A stretch of DNA of 64,000 nt, from the NCBI RefSeq assembly GCF_963921235.1, contig NC_086108.1, forward strand, positions 45,572,001 through 45,636,000, read 5' to 3'. This document shows, piece by piece, positions 40,252 to 51,488 of the stretch. The DNA is from Mobula hypostoma (Eukaryota). The notes below the pieces were generated by a model. That model saw nothing but the letters and a program-made list of their open reading frames with translations, was not told the origin of the DNA and did no database searches. Every line of letters starts with the position of its first letter. Position 1 is the first letter of the stretch. The translations under genes were made by a program, and so were the position numbers.

Positions 40252-41135
40252 GTGATGAGACAGCCTATAGGGAGGAGGTTCAGCATTTGACAGAATGGTG
40301 TTGTCATAATAACTGGACTTGAACATCACAAAAACAAAGGAGCTGATAGTAGACTTCAGGAAATCAAAGCGCGTCGAGCACTCTGCTCTGCACATATACG
40401 GGAAAGAGGTGGAGACAGTAGAGAGTTTCAAGTTCCTCGACGTCCACATCTTGGCTGACCTCACCTGGACTGCCCATATCTCTTATCAGGTGGGGAAGGC
40501 CCAACAGAGGCTCTACTTCTTAAGGAAGCTAAAGCACGCTCTCCTCCCTCATCACCTGCTGATCAACTTCTATCGGACAACTATAGAGAGCCTCCTGACA
40601 TATTGCTGTGCAGTGTGGTTTGCCAGCTGCACAGAACAGAACAGGAAGGACTTGCAGTGGGTGGTGAGGGTAGCAGAGCGGGTTATTGGCACAACATTAC
40701 CCTCCCTCAGACACATTTATACTGGCAGACTTCAAAAGAAGGCTACTTGTATTTCAAAGGATCCCACTCATCCTGGACATCACCTGTTTTCCCCTCTACC
40801 TTCTGGGAAGAGATACAGAGCATTAAGGATGAAAACAAAGAGACTCCTTAACAGCTTCTACCCACAAGCAGTAAAATGTATAACATCTCCTTCCCTTCTC
40901 CTGCCCCCCTCCTAAGACGGCGGCAGCTAAATGCATCACACTTCAAGGAATGGCAAGCGTGAAATAATCCTACCCCCCCCCCATCCATATATTATTAATT
41001 TTGGACTGCACTCCTGAGGTTTTAGGGTTTATTTTATGTATATATTCTTTGTCATGCTGCAAAATATTGAGCTGCCAAACTGTGTTTCATTGCTTCACAA
41101 CAATGACAATAAAGATATTCTTCTTCTTCTTCTTC
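40252..41135 (+). mobile_element. Relatively intact Rex1/Babar-like 3' segment
   Basis: Open frame of about 198 aa (KTKELIVDFRK..QQRLYFLRKL..LPSGKRYR..SFYPQAV); AATAAA and (TTC)n tail. Confidence 0.9.
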
Positions 41136-41171
41136 CGACTGCTGTGATGCTGAGGTAAAGAGAGGTGTGAA

Positions 41172-41491
41172 TGGTCACTGCATGTTTTTAAAAATTTTTT
41201 GCACCATTCTCTGAAAACTTTAGAGACTGTTGTGTGTGAAAATCCCAGGAGACTGGCAGTTTCTGAGATAGTCAAACCACCCCATCCGGTGTCAACAATC
41301 ATTCCTCAGTCAAAGTCACTTAGATCACATTTCTTCCCCATTCTGATGTTTGGTCTAAACAACAACTGAATCTCTTGACCATGTCTGCATGCTCTTATGC
41401 ACTGAGTTGCTGCCTCATGACCGGCTGATTAGATATTTTGCATTAATGACCAGGTGTACAGGCATACCTAATAAAGTGGCCATTGAATATA
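41172..41491 (-). mobile_element. Tc1-like transposon 5' end
   Basis: Terminal repeat reading (minus) tatattcaatggccactttattaggtatgcc; HTH relic GLTISETASLLGFSHTTVSKVFREWC. Confidence 0.85.
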
Positions 41492-41919
41492 AGTGACCTT
41501 ATTGATATTTAAGGGACCATTTTTCCTCCATAATTACTCCTTTTCCCTGCCCCAGTTTTTATCAGTCCTACCCATTTCCATAATTACATTTAAAAACAAA
41601 AAAAATTACATTCATTAGCCCCACACTGCTGCCCCACTAACACTCCAGTCACTTATCCTGAGTTTTGTCCCCGCTGCAATAGAGCCATCTGCATATTGAC
41701 TGGGAAATTTTCCTCAAACAAGTAAGAAATCTCGTTGCTTTCAAGCATTCGACATTATGGCAATACCAGTTGATAGTTTGAAAGTTAAGTTATCTACTAC
41801 TACAACTCTATGATTGTTCACAGAGCTATGTGCAATATCCCTACTTATTTACTCCTTCAGTTCCTGCTGACTTTGTGGCGGGGGCGGGGGCACGGTATTA
41901 TAATACAGTCTCAACAAAG

Positions 41920-42630
41920 TGATCTTCTTCTTATTTCTCAATTGCATTACTGTACAATACCTTCAGGAATATCGTAAGTACAGCCGTGATGTTCTTCCTA
42001 ATCAAAAATGCAACTCTTCCTCCTAACTTACCTCCATCGTTATCCTTCCTATAGCATCTATACCGCAGAAAACTGAGCTGCCAATACTGTCCCAAGCTCA
42101 GACACATTTATTCTGTAATAGTTATAATATTTCAGTCTTATGAACCCTTTCATGCTCCGAGTTCACCTGCCTTACTTATCAAGCCCTTTGCATTGAAATA
42201 AATGCAGTTTAATTCATCAGTCTTCCCTTTGCTCCTGCCTGTCCTGTCTACCGAATCTGCTCTCTTTAACTCCTATACTTGTCTCAACTTTCTTTTCACC
42301 CTCTCTGCTGTTCTGGGTCCCACACTCATGGCTAGACTAGTTTAAATCCTCTCAAGCTACTCAAGCAGATCTCCCCACCAGAATATCGGGCCCCCTTGTG
42401 TTCAAGTTTCTCTCTGGTCACCTTTGCCCCAGAAGAGAGCCCAATTGTGCAAAAGTCTGAATCCCTGACCCCTGCACCAGCTCCTCAGCCATACATGGGT
42501 TGTCCCCTATTCCTACTTTCACTAGCACACAACCTTTGAGGCCTTATATTTTAACCTCTTGCCTAACTCCCGATATTCACTCTAAAGAGCCTCATCCAAT
42601 TTTCTCCCTGACTCATTGGTACCAATATGC
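41920..42630 (-). mobile_element. CR1 ORF1 / endonuclease fragment
   Basis: Similar to the 1123-1611 and 24600-25300 segments. Confidence 0.65.
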
Positions 42631-43339
42631 ACAAAATAATTAAATAATGCATTCTTTTCTTATAGTAGTAAGGAAGATTATTTTATTTGGATTATTCCTG
42701 TCTTTAAACCAAAGAATACATAATCAACGCTGTTATTTATAGCAAAACTACATAAAACTGTATTTAGAAACAGAAATGTCATATACAATTACATTTCATA
42801 ATTTCTTTCATATTTCTTTCTTTCATCATTTCTTTCTTATATATATATATATATATATCAAGTCATATGCAAATACTTATCAGCTTACTGAGGATTTAAG
42901 TAAAAATGTTTTGATGACTTTTTTCTCAGACAAACCAATTAATTAAGGAAATATGAAACTATGGATTTATAATATTTAATATCTGGAAATTCAGCTGTGA
43001 AATAGCTCCAGATTCACCGCACTTGAAATTGTGTCGTTGGCACATTTCCGAGTCTCATTTGTCATATTATTGGTGGAGTTGATCAGGTCATCATCTCGAA
43101 CGCTTCTTAGATCACTGTCATTCCAATTCAGAATTCAGATGGCAGTGAAGGTTTGCCCGTGTTCAATCTTTATTCCAAAAATACTTTAGTGGTTATATTA
43201 AAAGGCTTTCAGTTCCTCTCATCATTTTTTGCTCCTATTTCTTAACAGCAATGAATAAAAGAAAACTTTAAATATTGGAACAAAAAGATAATGCCAACAA
43301 TTAGTTAAATGATTAATTAACAATTAAAGTTTTTGTTAA

Positions 43340-46300
43340 ATGTTCCCCTCTCACCTTAACGCAATGCCCGCTGGTTCTTTATTCCCTGACACTGGAAATG
43401 GACTGAGTGCATTCACCTTATCTATGCCCTTCGTAATTGTATACACTTCTATAAGATCACATCTCGATATCCTAAACTCTAAGCAATAAAGTCCTGGCCT
43501 CTCTAACTTCTCCCTATAATTCAATCTCCCAAGTCCTGGCAGCATCACTGTAAACCTTTTCCGCACTTTTTCCAATTTGATAATATTTTTCCTACTGCCA
43601 TTTTTCTATAGCAAAACTGAGCATAATACACCAATGCAGCCTCCCCAGCATCCTGTACAGCCACACCATAACCTCCAAGCTTTTATAGTCAATGTCCTGA
43701 CATAATGTGCCACAGGCTTTCTTCATCATTCTTGTGACTTGTGACTCCACTTCTATGGAACCAGGTAGTTGTACTTGCAGTCCAAGGACCTTCTGTGCTA
43801 CGATGTTCTCCAGGGCTATGTGTTCATTGTGAGAGTCCTCCAGGGCCCTGTGTTCATTGTGGGAGTCCTCCAGGGTCCTGTGTTCATTGTGAGAGTCCTC
43901 CAGGGCCCTGTGTTCATTATGAGAGTCCTCCAGGGCCCTGTGTTCATTGTGAGTGTCCTCCAGGGCCCTGTGTTCATTGTGAGAGTCCTCCAGGGCCCTG
44001 TGCTCATTGTGAGAGTCCTCCAGGGCGTGTGTGTTCATTGTGAGAGTCCTCCAGGGCCCTGTGTTCATTGTGAGAGTCCTCCAGGGCGTGTGTGTTCATT
44101 GTGAGAGTCCTCCAGGGCCCTGTGTTCATTGTGAGAGTCCTCCAGGGCATGTGTGTTCATTGTGAGAGTCCTCCAGGGCCCTGTGTTCATTGTGAGAGTC
44201 CTACAGGGCCCTGTGTTCATTGTGAGAGTCCTCCAGGACCCTGTGTTCATTGTGAGAGTCCTCTAGGGCCCTGTGTTCATTGTGAGAGTCCTCCAGGGCC
44301 CTGTGTTCATTGTGAGAGTCCTCCAGGGCCCTGTGTTCATTGTGAGAGTCCTCCAGGGCCCTGTGTTCATTGTGAGAGTCCTCCAGGGCCCTGTGTTCAT
44401 TGTGAGAGTCCTCCAGGGCCCTGTGTTCATTGTGAGAGTCCTCAAGGGCCCTGTGTTCATTGTGAGAGTCCTCCAGGGCCCTGTGTTCATTGTGAGAGTC
44501 CTCAAGGGCCCTGTATTCATTGTGAGAGTCCTCCAGGGCCCTGTATTCATTGTGAGAGTCCTCCAGGGCCCTGTATTCATTGTGAGAGTCCTCAAGGGCC
44601 CTGTATTCATTGTGAGAGTCCTCAAGGGCCCTGTGTTCATTGTGGGAGTCCTCCAGGGCCCTGTGTTCATTGTGAGAGTCCTCCAGGGCCCTGTGTTCAT
44701 TATGAGAGTCCTCCAGGGCCCTGTGTTCATTGTGAGAGTCCTCCAGGGCCCTGTGTTCATTGTGAGAGTCCTCCAGGGCGTGTGTGTTCATTGTGAGAGT
44801 CCTCCAGGGCCCTGTGTTCATTGTGAGAGTCCTCCAGGGCGTGTGTGTTCATTGTGAGAGTCCTCCAGGGCCCTGTGTTCATTGTGAGAGTCCTCCAGGG
44901 CCCTGTGTTCATTGTGAGAGTCCTCCAGGACCCTGCATTCATTGTGAGAGTCCTCCAGGGCCCTGTGTTCATTGTGAGAGTCCTCCAGGGCCCTGTGTTC
45001 ATTATGAGAGTCCTCCAGGGCCCTGTGTTCATTGTGAGAGTCCTCCAGGGCTATGTGTTCATTGTGAGAGTCCTCCAGGGCCCTGTGTTCATTGTGAGAG
45101 TCCTCCAGGACCCTGTGTTCATTGTGAGAGTCCTCCAGGGCCCTGTGTTCATTGTGAGAGTCCTCCAGGGCCCTGTGTTCATTGTGAGAGTCCTCCAGGG
45201 CCCTGTGTTCATTGTGAGAGTCCTCCAGGGCCCTGTGTTCATTGTGAGAGTCCTCCAGGGCTATGTGTTCATTGTGAGAGTCCTCCAGGGCCCTGTGTTC
45301 ATTGTGAGAGTCCTCCAGGGCCCTGTGTTCATTGTGAGAGTCCTCCAGGGCCCTGTGTTCATTGTGAGAGTCCTACCTGATTTCATTTTACAAGATGCAC
45401 CACTTATCCGAATTAAACTCCAATTACCATTACTCATCTAAGATCCCCCTGTAATTTTTAATAACCTTCTTCATTATCCACTATACCACCTATTTTGGTA
45501 TCATCTGCAGACTTACTAATCATGCCTTTAACATTCTTATCCGAATCATTGATATAGACGATAAACAACAATGGACGCAGCACTGACCCTTAACCTTAAG
45601 GCATAGTGCTATCTTGGGCTTTCAGTCTGAGAAACCACTTTCTACTATCACCATTTGATTTCTACCATCAAGCCAATGGGTATCCAGTTAGCCAGCACTC
45701 CCAGGAATCCATGTGATCTAACCTTTCAGAGCTGCCTAGCATGTAGAACTTTACCAAAAGCCTTACTGATATTAAATAAACCACATCCACCACTCTGCCC
45801 TGATCAAATTTCTTGTTCGCCTGATCAAAAAACTCAATCAAGATTGTAAGACATGACACCACATGCACAAAGCTATGTCGACACTCCTAGTCAACCCCTG
45901 ACTTGTCTATCTTCCCCTTAGTCAAAACAGCGAAGAAGTATTCTTTAAAGACCTTGCCCATCTCCTGCAGCTCCTCTCCAAAGTGTGCCCTTTGGCCTTG
46001 AGGGGCTCTATATTCTCTCTAGTTACTCTTTTTTCCTTTACAAACATATAATCACTTTCAATTATCCTTAATCTTCTCTGCAAATGTTACCTCAGGTCCC
46101 TTTTTTGTCGTCCTGATTTCACTCTTATACTCCTCCAGGGGTTTATCCCAGCAGGCTGTACATGACACATGCCTCCCTTTTCCTGGCCAGGACCTCAATA
46201 TGCCTCACCATCCAGCCTTGCCCTTCACTCTAACAGGAACACGCAGACCCTGATCTCTCATGATCTGACTTTTAAAAGCTTCTTACTAGCCCGTCATCCC

Positions 46301-47000
46301 TTTGCCTGTAAACAACCTACTCCAATCAGCCTGAGCAAGCTCCTGCCTCATACTGTCATATTTTGCCTTGCCCCAATTTAGAACTTGAACCTGTGGGCCA
46401 GTTCCGTCCCTTTCCACAATTGTTTTAAAAGTAATAAAATTATAGTCCCTGGTTCCAAAGTGTTCCTCCACTATCACCTTGGTCACTTGCCCTGCTCTAT
46501 TACCCAAGAGTAGGCCAAGCTTTGCCCTCTTCCTAGTAGGGCACTCAATATATTGCACAAGGAATGTTTCCTGTACATGCTTAATAAATGCCACCCTATC
46601 TCAGCCCTTATTAGTGTGGGAGTCCCAGACTGTGTTAGGAGGGTTAAAATCCCCTACTATGACAACGCTATTGCTCTTACAACTCTGTATGATCTTCCTG
46701 CATATCTGTTCTTCCAATTTCCATTGACCATCTATCTGGTGGCTAATAGCACAATCCAAACAATGTGATCACCCCCTTCTTATTTATCAGCTCTACACAT
46801 AAAAGATCACTAGATGATAATTCAGTGGTTTAATCTCTAACTACTGCTGTGACAGTCCCCTTAATTAAAAATGCAACACTCCTCCTCTCTCCCCTGTTCC
46901 TCTATCCTGCCAAAATATTAAACTGCAAATCCTGTCCCTCGGCAAGCCAAGTCTCCATAAAGCCTATAATATCCCAGTTCCACATAGCTATCCAAATTTT
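43340..47000 (-). mobile_element. Decayed CR1 LINE containing a large minisatellite
   Basis: VQETFLVQYIECPTRKRAKLGLLLGN; SCLTILIEFFD; KVRKRFTVMLPGLGRLNYREKL. Confidence 0.85.
43806..45375. repeat. Minisatellite, about 52 x 30 bp
   Basis: Unit GTCCTCCAGGGCCCTGTGTTCATTGTGAGA, with 31-bp GCGTGTGT variants. Confidence 0.97.
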
Positions 47001-48729
47001 GCAGGCTATTGATGTGACATGGCTGAGTTAGTTGGAATTATCTGATCTGTTATAAAGTTGATTACAATTGTTCTCAGCACTTTAATTTAGCAAGAGGATA
47101 ACCAGTGATTTTTGTTGGAATTACCCATATATAATCTCTCATGATGTTTAAATAGGCGTTGGCAATTATGTTCCTTGTGACAACTCCACCTGCTAAAAGT
47201 GGTAGAGGTACAAAAGGTTCAAACATATATATCATCAGGAAAGGATGGGAAATAAAAGTGTTTATAAGCTAGTAAAATGCATTATCATTAAGGTGTCATC
47301 AAATAATGATTAAGAAATGTTAGCCTCTGATAATTGACTTAGTTTTACAGGGTGATCAATTTTCGTTGCCTCATCTGTCCTTCACTGAACCTGATACTCT
47401 TGAGATAACAAAATATTTCTGCCTTGTTGGTAAAAATATTTGAAAATGCTGGTATTTAAACAGACTGGGGCCAAACAGTGTCAAGAATAAAAATATGCTG
47501 ACAGGGGAGGCATGAAAGTTTCCATCTCAATTTTAAAAACAAAGCTCTGACACATGGATTGTATGACAGAGTGTTTTTACAGATATTTGCTTTAGATGAA
47601 GACGCCAGGCAAGATAAGGTGTGTGGATTTTATTTTAATATTCCAGGCACTGAGAAAGAATAGAAACAAATGTAATGAGAATTTAATTCAACACTGTGAA
47701 CATTCACAATATGAAATAGGCCTTGAAAATTGGCATATTTTGGAGATTAAAATGCATAAATGAAGGAAGTTCAATGTCTGTAATGAGACCAATAAGTAAG
47801 AGCAAATCAGGAAAGACTGTAAACAGAGATAGAGGCATTGAAGGGCAGAGGTGAGAGTGATTGCCAATCAAACAGCATGCATTTTCCTGTAACCTTGGGA
47901 TGAAAATCATAGTTTAGCACCTCACTAGGGATAGAAGCAAGCTTCAGATATTGGATAGATTATGACTTTATATAATTTCAACTGTTAAAGAAGCATATGA
48001 GTTAAAATAATAAGAGTATTGTTGGAATTTTTTCCACACAAAAGCAAATGTGTGCATCAAGTGACATCCATCTAAACAGCGATTGATTTAGAATTTGGTC
48101 ATGAGGCAGGTGTTTTACACATAGCTGTGCACCGTACACACCAGAGCTGCAATGATCAGAATATATGTTTTATGTTTGTATGTAGTAAGCACTGTTCAGA
48201 GAGAATTCCCATGTTGTTCCTATGTGCCTTGGTACATGCGTAACTCAGAAGGCCTTAGCAGCTCAACTCTGACAACAAACATCTGAAAGGTTGTATGTTG
48301 ACAGCATTAGATCTCTGAATGGTCCATGAGCCCATGAACACTGCAGCATTTCTTTGCTCTCTTTGTACATTAATTATTTATTGATTTATTTATTATATTT
48401 CATATTGTAACCTGCAGTAATTTTTTAGCTATTGCATTGTACTGCTGATAATAAACCTGATTCCAATTCTGATTCTGCAGAGCATTCCATTTGTACGATC
48501 TTGGAGTCCCACTGGATTATATATTCAGTTTTCTGGACTGAATCTTGAACCCATGACCTCCTGGCATTGAAGTAATGTAACCTACCTTTTGTAACTTTAT
48601 GAAGTGCTCATATGAATACATGCCTACTGTAAGTAATTCTTAAACTGGACGCAGTCAAATACTTTAGTGACTTAATTTTAGATAGATATTTTATCTGATG
48701 TATGCAGTACTGTTTCCAACTTAATAGAA

Positions 48730-48896
48730 GTGTGTGTGTGTGTGTGTGAGAGCGCGCGCATGCATGTGTTTGTGCGTGTGTGTGTGTGTGTGTGTGTGTG
48801 AGAGCGCGCATGCATGTGTTTGTGCGTGTGTGTGTGTGTGTGTGTGTGAGAGCGCGCATGCATGTGTTTGTGCGTGTGTGTGTGTGTGTGTGTGTG
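48730..48896. repeat. Compound (GT)n microsatellite with a triplicated GAGAGCGCGCATGCATGTGTTTGTGC spacer
   Basis: Direct reading. Confidence 0.95.
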
Positions 48897-50295
48897 GGAG
48901 TGTGGGAGGGGCATCCAATTTGTCTTTTCAGTGCAATTCAATAGCCCCTGGAATAGCTAGTTTTTAACTCTCAGAATGCCACCAACATACTACACTTTCT
49001 GAGCAGGATTTTTTGTTAGATTTTAAGTTGTGCACGTACACAAAACACCACTGCAATAAAGAGGCTACTCAAATATCAGAATTATCTTTATTACAATAAT
49101 ATTGTCTCATCCTCAGCAATTAAAATATTATTTTCAGAATAGTGTATTTTTAAGTATCCAAATGTTACTGGGGATTCACAGTTTAATTATGCCTTGCAGC
49201 CCATGCTGAAAAAAAACTGTATTCTACAACAAATATGGTATGAGTGTAATGCAAAACTTGGTGTTATATATACACAAGGCACCAGTAAGGAACTAGTGTA
49301 ATGAAGTAAACAACAACATCTCTCGCGAGGAGCTGTAGTTGGCTTAGGTCAGTGAACATGAGAACACTAATGAACTGGATGAGAATTGTTGGTAGCACAG
49401 CATTACTGACAGCATGAGGAAGTTCTGTCAATTAAATCATTAATAAATGATGTTAGCTGCAAGGCACATTTATACAATTACCCAGAGCTTTTTAGTAGAA
49501 TTGTACCCATTGTTGTACAATACCGATTTTTAATAGACATAATGAAGGAATGAAATTTATAGACCCTTACTTGGACCAAATTGCTGACATTAACAGAACT
49601 GACTTGGATTATTATTGATTATAAAGCCATCATTGTCACTGGATGCTGAATTAACATTGAAATAATTTAAATATTGTACTACTTGTTTTACCTCAAAATA
49701 AGCATCAAGAAATTATTTAGCTACAAGAGCAATAATTCTGTATAGTTTGCTCTCGGTTTTCACTGAAGGTTATCCTGCAGATAACGGAATGGAGGAAACT
49801 AGTTGAATAGAGGTAAAGCACATTAAGTGAGAGGTTTGGAGTTGCATAGATTTCTGCTGCTCATTGCACCCGCTCAGGTACAGGGACCGTGATCAGGAAT
49901 CACAATCCTACCTGATATTTAAAAAAATTCTTCCTTGCAAAGCATTTAAGTTTAATCCCTCCATGCCAAAGAAATACAGACCAACGGGTCATCAAAGAAA
50001 TTTTCCGATTAGCAATCCATTCAGTCATGGATTGTTGATTACAGAAATAAATGTGAACTCTATAGATTTGTTTCCATTTGTTTGAATATGTCAGCTGAAA
50101 TTGTATCAATTTTAAATGCAAGGGAAACAAAGGAACATTCGACACTTTCTCATTAGAAATTATTTTCTCAGTCTTTTCATACTCACTGAATTGTTCCAAG
50201 TTCAATAAAGGGATCAAAAATATAATTTCAACAACAATTATCTCCCTTACTCATGAAATTGACCACTTTGTTAGTTAGAAAGCACACAATAATAT

Positions 50296-50542
50296 TTTAT
50301 TTCCAAGTATATTTTAACATTCTTTTTAATAAAAATAGTAATTGGGTATGGAGAATATAAAATGAATTTAAAAGAAAATTAAATGACTTTGTAAATTGAC
50401 AATGGAAGAATCTCAAGGCTATTTTAATAATAGCAATTAAACAAACAGATATAAACGTTTTCAAACTATTAAGATGTGTCCAGGACATCAGTTCTTCCTT
50501 TTTCGTTTATCTGCACTAAGCAATATAATCTTGCACTTTATT
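50296..50542 (-). other. Candidate polyadenylation signals in the dmrt2b 3' UTR
   Basis: Minus-strand AATAAA at 50542-50537 and 50301-50296; another at 49092-49087. Which one is used cannot be determined. Confidence 0.4.
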
Positions 50543-50604
50543 TTACTTAAGAAAGAAAAGTGTAATTAAAAGGGATATTTTAAACTGAAATCAGACGCAT
50601 TATT

Positions 50605-51488
50605 TCATGTTTTCAAAAGAGATTCCACAGAAAATGGTAGCAGCTGTTTAGTTACTTTTGCTTGACTGCGAGAACAATGTTCCTGTGTTTTCTTTGTAAA
50701 ATGTCTTAAAGTTTCTCTAGCGATGAAACTGTCTGAAACAGATTTATTCGTTGGCTCCGGTGCTACCTGTGAGCCTGGGGGTAAGTAATTTCTAAAGGAA
50801 GCAAGTTCTTCAGACAGATCTGGGCATTGTAATGTTTGGCTCTGAGAGAAATAGAGAGCTGTATTTTCGGAAAATGAGTCAAAACCTGTTGTGACTTTTG
50901 CCTGTGTGTAATACTCTCCGTGACTGGAGCACGTCTCCTCTGAATCTAACATTCCCTGTGCAAGAATTGTCCTCGTAGCTTGTAATCGTTCAGGTAAACT
51001 GGTAGGGGTGTCTGTATAGAATGAATTGTTCACTGTAGCAGACTTCTGCCCCCAAATTGAATTATAGCCTGATGTGTGTTCAGAAATGCAGCTTGCTATA
51101 TTTGCTGTACAGGAACCCCTGGTTTGATCAATATTGCCTTGGCAACACTGCGATGAAAAGTCCCAGATGGCAGGGTTGGCGGGCACAAATGGAATGTAAA
51201 TATTTATTAACTCCTTGGCTGTGGAAGTGTTAAATTGTGTTGGTTCACAGAATTGATTGTAGTTGAGCCGAAGAAGGTTGTACTTGGGTAGAGTTTCCAC
51301 GCTGGGTCTCATGAACACTTGAAGTGAGGTTAATTCCTGTAATTCTCTCTCCCTATACTCTCTTTCCAGCATCACACTTTCCAGCTCCTTGTCTGCAAAA
51401 GCTCTCCTTTTCCTCATCCGGTCACTCAGCGGCGGGAGTAAGAAACGGTTTGGACAAAATAAACTGTCATCCTGTGGGGCGCGATAAC
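50605..51488 (-). CDS. dmrt2b: DMRT2-group transcription factor, last coding exon
   Basis: Acceptor tttactttgcag|GTTATCGC completes G-Y-R. Contains the DMRT2-conserved PPLSDRMRKRRAFADKELESVMLEREYRERE and C-terminal FSVESLLK. TGA at 50607-50605. Total CDS 381+106+884 = 1371 nt = 456 aa plus stop. Confidence 0.93.

Noticed and set aside
43806..45375. CRISPR-like array
   Set aside because: Head-to-tail repeats with no unique spacers, no cas genes, and a eukaryotic context.
43592..45441. Long repetitive ORFs on both strands
   Set aside because: By-product of a 30-bp unit; frames are broken by 31-bp variants and the array is embedded in a CR1.
48608..48967. His/Thr and Cys/Val-rich ORFs
   Set aside because: Translations of the (GT)n microsatellite.
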